A stretch of 57,475 bases of DNA, filler included, from Dugesia japonica (taxonomy: Eukaryota): the NCBI GenBank assembly GCA_001938525.1. It is 6 parts of 6 records of this genome, joined end to end, with 100 filler letters (N's around TTAATTAATTAA, not from the genome) between each part and the next. Parts side by side here need not be neighbours in the genome. Positions count along the whole stretch, not along the records: positions 1 to 12,411 come from MQRL01597145.1; 5 more parts are not named here. One strand, given 5' to 3'. The notes under the pieces were generated by a model. It searched no databases. It was not told where the DNA came from and saw only the letters and a program-made list of their open reading frames with translations. Shown here piece by piece: positions 1-12,511 of the stretch (positions are counted from its first letter, which is position 1; every line of letters begins with the position of its first letter). The translations under genes were made by a program, and so were the position numbers.

Positions 1-150
1 TTTATCACATATTATGAGTCGCTTTCAATGTTTTACAATTAAGCATCTAAATACGACTTATATAAATATTAGTTTTATAGAATCTTCATTTTTGCATTTA
101 ATGAATACTGATAATAATTGAAAAATAAACAAAAACTTAGGAATGTTTAC

Positions 151-418
151 TTGTTTTCTAAAGTAATTTGTCGTAATCTTGATTGAGAACTCTCTAATGA
201 TACAATCAGTTGTTCAGGACTCAAAGAATTAATATCCGCAGAATTTTCAGACCCACATACGCTCATTAAAGTATTTCTTCTCAGTTGTTTAACTTCTTTT
301 TGTAAGCGAATGACACGTTCTCGTAAATGAACAGGAATCTCCATGATGTCCAATGAATCATCAATAGGATTTACATTGTCGTGAATTTCGCTGTTAGGAT
401 CCGAGCTAGATTCGCTAC
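151..418 (-). CDS. hook: Hook-family adaptor, internal exon; gene continues off the left edge
   Basis: Acceptor tttttaattcag| at 419 and donor |gtaaac at 150. Encodes ...IMEIPVHLRERVIRLQKEVKQLR...LIVSLESSQSRLRQITLENK, matching the Hook motif EI.P...RE..IRLQHENK.L and the following L...L..A..R..EL..ENR. The ORF-track ATG at 443 lies in the intron. Confidence 0.8.
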
Positions 419-2506
419 CTGAATTAAAAATTTGCAGTTTCATTTTTGTAATTCATTATACTGTCAGAAAGGAAATTTATTCATCGTTATTGAAATGATT
501 TTCTCTTTTCTTTTAACAACAAATTTTTCAAAACAGATTTTGAATAATTATTTATTAATAAAAATCTAATTGGGAGTATTATATTCCGTTCGTATAAAAT
601 ATATGGAATATTAATGCTTAAATAAGGACTGTACACGCCTAAAATTTTTATGGATAAAAAATAAAAAAGATGTCACTGGTGAGCATATAAAATTTATTAA
701 TTAATTTTTAATTTAATTAGAAAATCAAAAATGTTGGTAATATTTATTTAATAATATATCTTTTACAAATTTGTCAATATCGATATTAACATTAGTTGTT
801 GTCAAACGTAGACATGATTGCCATACAATGAATACCTATACATAGATTTTATGAAATTCATTGTTGAAAAAAACTTTCACAAAGATAAGTACTTTCCATC
901 ATCGAAACCATTTTAAGCTAAAATTAATAAGTTTCGGAAAACGATCACTAAGGGGCTTTAAGAAATTTAGAGAATTCTTCGCTCTATTAATAATAGAATT
1001 TAGTTTGGAATTAAAGATCGTTTATTTTGTAATTGCAATGTATAATTTCATTATTTTAATTAGAAGGCCAAATGCCTAATCCATTTGATTGTTTATTCGC
1101 TTATTAGAAAGTTTGCAAATATTTTAATATTTTATTTATTAATCGATATTGAATATGAAATTGAGCATATTTTTACCAGTGACTTATTACATTTGTATGT
1201 AAAAATCAATATTAGAGTCACAGAAAAGTAAAAGTATTTAATGATTTCAATGTTAAAATAATTAATTTTACTGTTTAAAAAATTTCAGTTCATGCATCAG
1301 AATTACAAATTGTCACTACATTTAACTATTACTAATCAGAAAACAGTCATTGGGTACACATAAAAACATAATTTTAAATGCCAAATTAAAATTAGTGTAT
1401 TTCGCTACATAATATAGTACAAATATAATGCATTTCTTAAAAATAATTTTTCATTTAAAAATTTAATATGATAGAATAATTGGGGAATATAAAAATTTGG
1501 AGATGGGGAAATAATAGAAAGTTATTCAAAATAAAAACAAAATATAAAAAAGATTATCAAAAAGAAAATATATTATTAAATTTTTGTTTTTAATTTAAAG
1601 AAATTTTATATTTCACAGGCAGTTGACAATATTTAAATTTGGTTCATTACAATAAAAAATAAATTCTTCAACTGTATAGCAACTACATTTTCTATTGAAT
1701 CTACTGGATGATATAAAAATGCCCATCAATTTGAAGATCCGAAAAGTTATCATCAGGTAAATTAATTAAATGATTTCTTTGAATTAGTTTCTTCAAAGAT
1801 TGGACACATCAATTATTTCTCTTAAACGTCTCTTCAATTATAATAGTATCAGGAATTCCGATTTCGGCAACAATATTTTGAATTTCGCATAATTCTTTCA
1901 TTGAACATATTTTCTGTTCAATTCTTGAATTACGACATAACATACTATTTAAAAAAAATGTTGTAGTGTTTGTTTTAGTTAATTCCGACCATGCTCACGA
2001 GAAATTATAATGGGTTTTTCTTACGAATTGAAAAATAAAAACAAAAAATTTTATTAGCAAGAAAACATTCTCATCATCAATGATTTATTTAATGAAATGT
2101 TGGTCCGAATTGAAAAACTTGAATCAGAAAATTTTCAATATTCAAACAAATATGCGCAATAATTATTTTAATTATTTTCTCCAAATATATTAAATTTCGA
2201 AGATTTTATAAATAACAATTTTAGTTTGAAATTACACAATTCAAATATCATTCTCACAATTTTATTGAAAAAAATTTCAAAATAATAAATAATAAAATTT
2301 AATAAGTGATAATGAAATTTATTNNNNNNNNNNNNNNNNNNNNNNNNNNNNNNNNNNNNNNNNNNNNNNNNNNNNNNNNNNNNNNNNNNNNNNNNNNNNN
2401 NNNNNNNNNNNNNNNNNNNNNNNNNNNNNNNNNNNNNNNNNNNNNNNNNNNNNNNNNNNNNNNNNNTTTTTATAAATTGTAAGTGAATCATCAATAATTG
2501 ACCTAC

Positions 2507-2576
2507 CCACTGTATAACTGTTCAGATGCAGTTCGTCATTTTCTTCTTTTAATTTCTTTATTTCTTCATGTAGCGT
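2507..2576 (-). CDS. hook: Hook-family adaptor, short internal exon
   Basis: Flanked by aatag| and |gtaggt; 70 nt, phase 0/1. Encodes TLHEEIKKLKEENDELHLNSYTV(G), like Hook ERDSLKETNEEL, and is phase-compatible with both neighbouring exons. Confidence 0.75.
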
Positions 2577-3984
2577 CTATTATTAAATTAAATTAATAGA
2601 CAATATTATACACTAAAAAATAAAATTAACATGATTATTAGTTAAATATTTTATTTNNNNNNNNNNNNNNNNNNNNNNNNNNNNNNNNNNNNNNNNNNNN
2701 NNNNNNNNNNNNNNNNNNNNNNNNNNNNNNNNNNNNNNNNNNCCGATAGTAATTATAGGAAAACAAAATATCCATAAATGAAAGTTTAATGTAGAGGTAG
2801 TTCAAAATCGAGTAAAATGCCTTAACACAAAATTGATTTATTTAATATTTTATAAATTAAATTAAATTAATAAAATTGATTCAATAAATAAATGTGAATT
2901 TGCAATGTTAACGCAATGTTAAAATGATTATTTTGTTAATCAATTTTTGTGTAAAAGAATTTTATTTCAATTTTCCTCGAAATTTTGTGGTTCTATAACT
3001 TAATTATTCCTACCTTAAATTGTAATTTCTAGTGTTCAAAATAAATATTTAAATAAATATTGAAAATATTCAACTCGGGAACATTTTATCCTTCATCCGA
3101 GTATAAAATGTATTATGACCAAATAAAATTAATTTTGATTTATAATTTATTTATTAAGATTTTAAATGAATAATTTCTAGTAATAATTGTAATTCTAAAG
3201 ATAACTCTATTCATAACCTTGTAGTATTAATGTCAAATAATTATGAATCATACAAGATTCATTAGTATTTTTATTATATTAGTAAAATTCATGATGAATC
3301 TTAATTACACATTGAACATGATTGAGATAAATTCCGCATATAATTACATTACAATAATATCTAGAAAATTGAAAAATCATATAATAAATTAGAGATCTTA
3401 AAGATTTAGTAAAAAGAATACCAGGTAAAGAATTTATAAATAAATGTAAAAATATTTTAGTAAAGAGTCCCTGAAAAAAAAGCCTGTAAAAATATTTTTT
3501 TGGCATATTTCCTTATTACAGAAATTTAATTTAAATAATTGGAATAATTCTTAAATTATCAACTTGATCATTTTTCTTTAATAAACAGATTTTAATATGA
3601 ATAGAATCTACATCAAACGATAGCAGCATTATTAAAAAAACGGGATAGAAATAAATCTTTTATTTGTTAAAATTAATCAGAAGCTATAAATTTCAATTTG
3701 ACTGTTACAATTTTGATTGATATTTTAAATAATCTGACAATGAACGCATTTTTCCATTTCGAAAGAAAAAAAATTTTTCATTATTTTGTAAATTGACAAG
3801 CAAAAACAAAAAATTGTTCATAACGTCTTTAAATAATTTTAAAAAGCTATTAAAAGTTAATTAAATTCGAATGCAAAATATTTTCATATAAATATCAATT
3901 AGTCATTATTAATGTTTTGTTTAAAATGTTAATAATTTAAATGTGATTTACTTTTTGGATAACGAAATTTTATAAAATACCGCT

Positions 3985-4470
3985 TAGATAATCAGTCTTC
4001 TTTTTAGAAAAAACAATAACAACAGATATTTATCTTAATACTTTAAGATAATTTGTTGTATCACAATTTGAAGAGCTACAGCCTAATATCATTTTTAGCA
4101 AGATGGCACACCACCTCATTGGGGAAAATGTTCGTGACTTTTTAAATAAAACTTGACTTCATCACTTGATAAGAAGATATGACTAGATTTTGTGGCCTTC
4201 TCGTTCCCAAGATATAACACGAAAGGATATTTTCTTGTGAGGTTGCGTGAAAAATAAGGTGAATCGGACCAAGATTAAGGATATAAATGATTTTAATTTT
4301 AAATTTTTTTAAGGATATAAAAGGCAAACTGCCATTGTAGACGCTATTGATGAATTCATGCTAAGAAAAACATCGTTTGGATACCCTCCGAGCGACTAAT
4401 GGAGAACACAGAACTTTTTTCTCTTGAGTTAAATAAAAACTTTATTAATTACTTGATATTATGTAAACGT
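3985..4470 (+). mobile_element. Degraded Tc1/mariner-superfamily (maT/rosa-like) transposase C-terminus inside a Hook intron
   Basis: Broken translation EKTITTDIYLNTL..ELQPNIIF/QDGTPPHWG..VRDFLNKT..WPSRSQDIT..DIFL*GCVKNKV..RATNGEH matches the QQDGAPPH / WPPRSPDLTPLDFFLWG motifs. Confidence 0.8.
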
Positions 4471-5345
4471 TTCAACAGTTTCATTTGCAATTTTCATAAA
4501 TTTTGAAATTGTCTAAAGAATTGTATGTTTTGAAAGACTAGAAATTGATAATTATTTAATTCAATTTAACTAACTAGTCAAAATTATAAGTAGGCAATGA
4601 TTTTTAGACGGAAATATCTTATAAAATTTTATAGATGAGTTCAATTTTACAAATAGAAAACAATAATTTCATTACATTGCGCAGTACACCATTAATAATT
4701 ATCTACAAAAATTAAGAATATAATATTGTGACTCAAAACTCAAAATATGCCTCTTATTTTACAAATTAATTACAAGAAAATTTTCCCTTAAACTGTAAAC
4801 CAATATTTGGAAAATTTTATATTTTTTCATTCAATGATTCAGCATGTTTATTTCAAAGTACTGGTGATTAATAACTTGTCTGTAACAAAAATAATTATTA
4901 TTCGCAGTGAAAATGCATCAAATGTATTTCAAACAATTACATATTATTATTTTATGATAATCATTAATTGTGAAATTACTTGAAGATAAAAATAATAAAG
5001 TACTAAACCGGCAGTAACATGTGTGTGTGAACACAAATTTATTGATATTTTTATCTTTATCATCAATAATTTCCTTGACTTTTCAAAATTGTTTGTTGCT
5101 TATAATTATCGTATTTACTTATGTATGCATTTATTTTAGAATATAATTCTCTAGTTTTAAATAATTTTTTTGATATTTTAATAAGTGTGTAAATACTTTT
5201 TACTATAAAAATATAAGTGTAATGATAGAAAATATCAAGTGAAATTGCATTACTTTAAGGGCTTATATAAATTTTTCAAACCCTTAAATTCGTAGTGTAG
5301 TGTATATGCTACATGGTCTTTAAAATTATTTCAATGCTTCGAGTG

Positions 5346-5362
5346 CAGTGGTTTACAAACTG
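5346..5362 (+). mobile_element. Possible hAT/Charlie-type terminal inverted repeat (one end only)
   Basis: CAGTGGTTTACAAACTG resembles the Charlie-type terminus CAGTGGTTCYCAAACT; no partner end found. Confidence 0.3.
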
Positions 5363-7725
5363 AGGCCAGTGGTCTTACAGGAAACCCGAAACAGGAGAAC
5401 TATGAATAAGGTTACTTTTCAGAGATATCTTGCCAACGAATTTGCAGTCCATTTGAAAATCGGCTAACCCGATATATATCTCCTTTAACTACGTACGAAG
5501 GTTAAGCATTCATCATTCACCATTCTCTTTAAGCGTGTTTTTTCTCTTAAAGAGTGTTGTTTTTAAATGGAATTTACTATAATAGAATAAAATGAATGTG
5601 ATCAGATATCCATTTTGAATAACAAAAAGAATTTATAAAATTTTTGGGTTATTATGATTTATTTAGGATCACGGAGTTATCAAACTGCAGAAATTAAATT
5701 TTATTAGAATAAATATTTATAAAGTAAATAGTTATATAAAAGCAAAAGTATAGTTCAAAAAAATACGTTTTCTGACATTATACTTGTAAATAATATGATT
5801 TATTTACCACATTTCCTAGTAAATAATACAAAATACAAATTTTTTGAAGAAAATAACCGAAAAGAAAAGTTCTGAGTATTACATAATGAATTGTATGTTA
5901 TAAAAAATAGTTCAGTCATTTGTATGTTCGAATTTTATATATAAAACAAATTCAAAATTTTCTTATAAAAAAGTAATTTGACTGCGCGTGGTAGGTTTAG
6001 TGTTAAAATAAACTTTATAAAATTTCATGTAAAATAAATATTTTAATCTAATATCTGTATTATCTATTGAAAATAGTATAAAATCATTTTGTTATCTGTT
6101 TTACTAGCTACTAAATCTGACTAATACAATTTTATACATTAAATTCAAGTTAAAATAATAAATCTGATTCGAAATAAACATGAAATTAGTAGGAATCAAA
6201 GAAGCCAAATTATAAAATTATGTTTTATAAAAAACTGATATTATTTTTCATTAGAAAAACAATTATCAATTTATATCACATCCTCCCCGTTTTCATCTCC
6301 ATAAAACTAATATTTTTATATTTAATTAAAATATTTTCTGGATTACGGCTTTTAAATCATTTAGAAAACAGTTTCTTAATATTTTCAGTATTGTCCATAA
6401 TAATGTGTAAAAATAACAAAAACAATGTGATCGGAAGAAATAATCCAAAATTAAATATCTTCTGCTTGATAGGAAATGATTTTTATATATGAATATAATT
6501 ATTTCACTCTTATTTGTAAAATATTGGTGCTCAGCGCATCAGAAACTTTCGCCGTAAAATTCAAAAGACTGATCAAATTCCATAATTTATTCCAAATATA
6601 AAAAAGTTTTTAATTATTTTATTTATTTAAACAAAATATTTTAATATAGAACAAAAACAATTTGAAAGATAAATTTCAATTTTCTCTCTAATAAAATTCA
6701 AATCAATCTATTTTAAAATTCTTAAAAAAAGAAATCGGTTTCTCAAAAAATTTAAAACTCTAATTAACTTTTCCTTACAATTAGAAGTAGAGGTTCTTAT
6801 ATTAAATACTTTATTAAATAACGAAGTGGCTCACCTATTATAAGTTTTCATTTCATTTGAGTGGAATATAATAAATATACAGAAAATTAAATCATCATGA
6901 TTGTAAAATACTTTGATTCAAAACTATCGATTTTTTAAAAAATACTCTTATATATATAATTATTAAAACATCTATATTTAAAAATGAATTTTTAAAAATC
7001 AATATGAAGCAGTTCATTCGTTAGAACAAATACATGATTAAATCCAATGAGTTCATTAAGAATTGCATAACTAAATAGTTAAGTAAGCAAATAAGCGTTT
7101 ACGTTAAGTGATGTTAATTGTGATAAATTGATGCATAACAAAACAATTTATTCAAGTTAAAATTAGTGCGTGAAAATAATGATAAAAATTTAAAATCAAT
7201 TTTTAAATAATAAGAAATGAAATGAATAGATTACAAATCAAAATTAGGAAATAGTAATAAAAATATTTAGTTGATTAAATGTATCAATTAAAAATTAAAA
7301 TATTTCCGTTAGACAATGAAAATTCCAAGTTCTCCGATTTATTTCTTTAGTAGTGATTGGATTTTAAAATATCTAAATATTTATACAAATATATAATCGC
7401 AGGTGTGAAAATTTTCTTGCAAAAATGAGGAAAATGAAATTTTCTACCTTTGAACCTACAGTTGAATCCAATTAAAATAAAAAATGAGGGACCACAAGAA
7501 ATTTTGATGTTAGTTGGATTTCCTCTTAATCGGGTTTTCGAACAGAGATGCATATTATGTTTGCAAACAGTACATTTTTCCAAATGCGAATATATAACAA
7601 ATACATATTAAAGTTTAAAATCTGAGCACAAAAATTATTTTTGAGAAATTTTTAAAAATTTAAGCTGTTCACCCAGAATCCCATGAAAATTTGAATTATT
7701 TGTAAATATTTTTGTTTATTGTGAA

Positions 7726-7887
7726 ATTTCATTAAAATAAGTAAAAGCTTCTATCAAAATAAAATTTATTTGTAAAAAGGTTCAAATACATTTTATTTTG
7801 ATCGAAGCTTTTTCTTTATTTTAATGAAATCTCAAATGCGATCAATGGTTAAGTCCAAAATTTATTCTCACAATAATTGTAATTATA
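7726..7887 (+). mobile_element. Penelope pLTR-derived hairpin insertion (inverted arms plus tail)
   Basis: Inverted arms of about 45-50 bp containing AAAAGCTTC(G/T)ATCAAAA, followed by the family tail GCGATCAATGGTTAAGTCCAA.A.TTATTCTCACAATAATT. Confidence 0.7.
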
Positions 7888-8340
7888 AAATTTATTGTGA
7901 AAGTTTTTTTGTGGTAATTATTCACTTTTGTAAAATTTTATGAAGGTTAAAAATTTCAAAAATTCCATTTTTTTCCAAATTTTTGATTTTATTTTTCTTT
8001 AGTTGTGATTGAATTATTAATATTCTTTAATCACAACTCCTAAAAAAGAAAAAAAATTGATCACCAATAATGAAATAAATTGGTATACTTTAGAATTTTT
8101 TATAATTACTTTTAATTTTTCTATTTTTTCATAAAATTTACTATAAATTTATTTTTAAAATCTTTATATACTAATAAACTGAAAATTTGAAAATAATTGT
8201 TATTCTAGGGTAATAGATAAAAAAAAATCTCTGAAACTCAAAATTATTGTAGTTATTGTTATAATTTAACTTATTGAAAAGTCAAAAAAAAAACATTAAT
8301 ATATCATTAAATTTACAAAAATTCATCATAAAATACTTAT

Positions 8341-8579
8341 GTCTATTAATTATGTCAACAAAATTGTGGGAGGGCATTTTAAGAAATTTGAACATTGTGT
8401 CCAAGATAGATTGATGTTAACAATTTTTTACGATAAAATTAATAAATTCAAAAAAATAGTAAAAATATTGTTAATATTTGTTGAAGTAATTTAACAGAAA
8501 GTATGATGGTTGTTAACAAGGGGAAACGAGATTAAAAAGATCCTGAAAATTGTTGACATAATTATTGGACAGCTCCTTA
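8341..8579. mobile_element. PIF/Harbinger-like MITE, left end eroded
   Basis: Left end GTCTATTAATTATGTCAACAA; right end reverse-complements to TAA-GGAGCTGTCCAATAATTATGTCAACAA, a Harbinger-type terminus with a TAA/TTA target. Confidence 0.55.
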
Positions 8580-8666
8580 GAACTTATTACAATTCACAAA
8601 TAATCATAAATGAATTACGAATATTAGAAATTTAATTTAAAATTATTTATCAATAAAAAAGATTAC

Positions 8667-8831
8667 TGTTTTATCATGCTCCAAAGATTTGACTTTCTCA
8701 ATTGCTCTTTTCAATTCAAAATCTGCTTTCAAAAATTCCTTTTCTTTTTGAGAACAAAGACCTTGAATATCTCTGATTTCGTTATTATACATTTCAATTT
8801 GACTTTTAAGAGATGCTGATTTCTTACTTTC
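8667..8831 (-). CDS. hook: Hook-family microtubule/dynein adaptor, internal coiled-coil exon
   Basis: Flanked by ttcag| and |gtaatc; 165 nt, phase 0/0. Encodes ESKKSASLKSQIEMYNNEIRDIQGLCSQKEKEFLKADFELKRAIEKVKSLEHDKT, resembling the Hook segment ELKKA..RSQLETYK..V.EL...ADKLEFE.KR..EK...L..EK. Confidence 0.8.
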
Positions 8832-9619
8832 CTGAATATATAATTCAATTTATTATGAATTAAATAAATTTTGGCAAGGTAAATATTATGACATATGTTT
8901 TGTTTAAACTTTCAGATAAAATTCTATGTGAAAAATTTCAATAGAAATACATGTATCAAATATGAGAAAATTAAAATTTTAATGATAAAACTAGATTTAT
9001 TTAAAATAATCTAACCTCATACAGATGGGTTTTTAATATTTTTTTTCGCAGAAAATTCCAGTTTTTTAAAAAAAATTTTCATTCTATTCTTATGTTCATG
9101 AATAGCATAAACATACAATTGCAGAAAAACGTATTTTTAAAATACTTTAAATTCTTTCCATTACCCTGACATATCAAGGGAGCAGCTACGCGTGTTTGAC
9201 ACAGACAAGTGGTGAATCAAAATAACAGCAATAATTGATTTGAAAATTAGAATTTATGAAAATGGAAAATTAAAAGAATTTTAAAAATATGACCAGAATA
9301 TCAACACTAAATTAATATTTCAAACGAATAAACTATTTATTATTATAGTAATTTTAGTAATGAAAAATTAATTCCAATATTTTGTCAAAATTTCAAAATT
9401 TTTATATAATTTTTTTTATAAATTTAAATTATATAGATAGATAGATTAAAAATAAAAGATAAATAATTTTGCATTTAAATTTCCTCCAAAATAACGTGTT
9501 TGTTAGTGATATTCGACTGGGGAAGGAAAACAGTCGAAATATAGAATTGTTATCAAAAAACCAAAAAAAAACAAATTTTGATCGAAGCTTTTAATTTAAA
9601 TATATTATTTATATCGATA

Positions 9620-9881
9620 AATGGAAGTTTTGCAAAAATATACAAAAAATAGCACCACTTTTAAAATTTGATTAAAAAAAAGCAACACTTGTAATTTATT
9701 TTTAAAAAAAACACCACTTAAAATTTATTCCACAAATAGCACCGTTTTTTCAAAAACTTTTGAATTCACAAAAATAATTTAAAAAAATTCACCGAAAATA
9801 ACACCATTTTTTAATTTATTTTCTAAAATTTGTTCCCCCGGGGTGTGTGTGTGTGGTGATATGCGCTACTATCTACCTACT
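9620..9881 (-). mobile_element. Polinton/Maverick-like terminus with subterminal repeats
   Basis: Reverse complement begins AGTAGGTAGATAGTAGCGCA. About five copies of an AAA(T)A(G/A)CACC(A)CTT motif lie at 9645-9812. Confidence 0.5.
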
Positions 9882-10099
9882 TAAATTCGTTCACAAAGGT
9901 GTTAATCATTCGATAAACTTTGTCGAGCCTCTGATTGGAAACTATACTCCACATGTCGAGTTATATTGGAACAAGAATAAGGTCCAAATAAAGAAAAGAC
10001 GTGGATTTAAATGGGAAATGTTGATAATTTGTGTAAGCATATTGCATTACAATACTCGCCATAAATAATGAAATTTTTATAATTAATTTATTTATGCCA

Positions 10100-11400
10100 T
10101 CATATTATTTACAATATATGCCAGATTCTACCATTTATCCAAAAAATGCAAATAAATTTGATGTTAATATAGGCATGTAAATTATAAACAATTAAATTGA
10201 AGTTATGAATATTGAAGATGAATTTATGTATGAAATTTTGCATTTAAATAAAAGTAAATTTCAGCATTAAGAAATTTCAAGAAATATATGAAGAATTAAT
10301 TAAGTTTAGTTTTATGACACATAAAAATAAGATATAAAATTATGTTGTGAAAAGAGAAAGTTGCGGAAAAACGAAATTTATAACTGAAATTAACCAACAG
10401 AATAAATACCATTACATACAAAAAAGTATGAAGTAGAACAAGTAATAAGAAATATAAACTCTAGAAACAGTTTATGGAAAACCAAATTTATTAAAACTAA
10501 AAGGTTATTGACACGAGAAAAAGGAATAATTCGAAAATTCATATACTAAGAAATTATAGGTAAAAAATATAAGTGAGAAAAATAAAATAACAGTTGTAAT
10601 GGCGATATAAAGTGTAAGAAATTTGTACATTAATTTAACCCATATTAAACTACCATCCGTTTAAAATGACGTCTAAAATTCGCGCCATATTAATTTGTGA
10701 AAACAATTTAAAAGAGAAGGCATAATATAACGTTCTCTGCGACGATGAGTAATCATTTTCACGAAACTGTAAACAATTTTTGTCATTGTTCTAAATTTTA
10801 TCGGTGTTTTTTTCAAAGAAAGTTTTAGGTTTAAATGAGTTAATATAGAGATTAGAGAAATTTGGGAAAAACATAGAATAATGAGAAGAACTGCCAGGTT
10901 AATGATGAAATTTGGGGAAATATAAAGAATGCTATAATAAAATTACAGTGAAACCACCTAAATTTTAACTTCTTGGATAAGAAGGATTAAAATTTACAAA
11001 GTAATGCTTGTTAAAAGAGTAATTAGTTAAAAGTCTAACATGAAAATTTAAATATTCTTAGAAACTTCAAACGAAATAATTTCACAAATTTTTAAAATCG
11101 TATTTATCAATTAAGACATCATCATTACTGCGCAGATTTAATAAATATAGAACTTAATAAACATTTGATTTTTTTATGAATACAAGAAGGTAGAACCTAN
11201 NNNNNNNNNNNNNNNNNNNNNNNTAAATTCAAGCTATAATATGCATTGCTGACAAACTAAATGAAAGAAAATTAAGACTGTCAACATTATAGAATTGACT
11301 TGTGTTAATCTCAATACTTCTAGTGTTTTAGTTAATGGAGTAGAAAATATAATTAGTCAAATATGTCCCACATTCTTTCAATGGTTAACAACTATTTTAC
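10100..11400 (+). mobile_element. Highly degraded Penelope-like RT remnant
   Basis: Fragments KPPKF*LLG (cf. PPKFYGLPK), KRVIS (cf. RPIVS) and NIIELTCVNLNTSSVLVNG (cf. DIIELL..CL....F.FNG), followed by a pLTR-like TCAATGGTTAA and a hammerhead motif. Confidence 0.4.
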
Positions 11401-11524
11401 AATTATTATTCGAATAACTGTTGAAATTAACCATTTATAGCATTTTTAAGATTTCAATAAATTCAAAGAATCGTAATTTTTGTTAGACACCCAAAATTTT
11501 TATTAGTTTTTTGATTATAAAAGT

Positions 11525-11561
11525 AAATGTCTGATGAAACTATAGTTGAAAATTTGGATTT
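11525..11561 (+). ncRNA. Minimal type I hammerhead ribozyme motif
   Basis: aaatgt-CTGATGA-AAC-TATA-GTT-GAAA-AT-TT-ggattt: core boxes, 3-bp stem II, palindromic AATT in place of stem III, imperfect stem I. Confidence 0.6.
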
Positions 11562-11880
11562 CTAATGAAAATTTTAAAAATACGTTTGATTTAAGCTTGT
11601 TGATTCATTGAAATAACAATAGAGTCTGGCCACGTTAAGACGCGGTTCCATAACGCGTGAAACCGCTTAACATACGGTTGTACCATGGCTCCCAATGGTA
11701 CTAAGCAATCGCTAATGCTAGTAAAAAACAATTATTCCCAGAGAAAAAAATTAACTTTTGTTTAAGTAAAAATAGGTAAAATATTTTTCAATTACTATTT
11801 ATTATAAAACATGTCTTGCGTTGTATATAATAAAATAAGTGCTCTAAAGTTGTTTATAAAGAATGATTGTTAAATACAAA

Positions 11881-11975
11881 GAGATTTCATTAAAATAAAT
11901 AAAATGCTTCGATCAAAAAAAAAATGTATTTGTAAAAAAGTTCAAATTTTCGACAATAGTCTTCTTTAGACTTCT
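11881..11975 (-). mobile_element. Penelope pLTR fragment with decayed hammerhead
   Basis: Minus strand reads CTAAAGA-AGAC-TATT-GTC-GAAA-ATTT-GAACTT...TTGATCGAAGC...TTTTAATGAAATCTC. Confidence 0.6.
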
Positions 11976-12411
11976 TGATTGATTCAACGCAATAGATCTT
12001 TGTTACTCAATTCTTTAGATTTTATCGGATTTTTATTGGTTTATTTTAATTATGAATTTTGATATTATTATTAAATTAACTCTTAAAAATTTATAGAATT
12101 TTTTTTTAATTAAATTGAAACGTTTTTAAGATGTTTAAAAATTTTTGAAAATTAATTTTGTTTTTTTAAAATTATTTACTATGCATATATAATTAGTGAT
12201 TTCATTCATGTTATATATAATTTATGTTATTTTAAAAATTAATTTTCATAAATTTTTAAAAAATTATTTGAAAAAGCATTAATCCCTATATAAAATTAAT
12301 TCTTTTTAAATAAAAGAACATTTAAAAGTTTCTTTCCAATTCGTATTAAAAGCGTTTATTTTATTTAATTAATATTATTTCGTTTTTTATATAAATATAA
12401 ACTTTTTATCA

Positions 12412-12511
12412 NNNNNNNNNNNNNNNNNNNNNNNNNNNNNNNNNNNNNNNNNNNNTTAATTAATTAANNNNNNNNNNNNNNNNNNNNNNNNNNNNNNNNN
12501 NNNNNNNNNNN
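12412..12511. other. Artificial scaffold linker N44-TTAATTAATTAA-N44 (also 21618-21717, 31419-31518, 40002-40101, 48582-48681)
   Basis: Five identical 100-nt spacers whose 12-mer places stop codons in all six frames. Confidence 0.9.

Noticed and set aside
1619-1755. Plus-strand segment with good splice acceptor and donor
   Set aside because: Stop codons in all three frames and no recognisable product.
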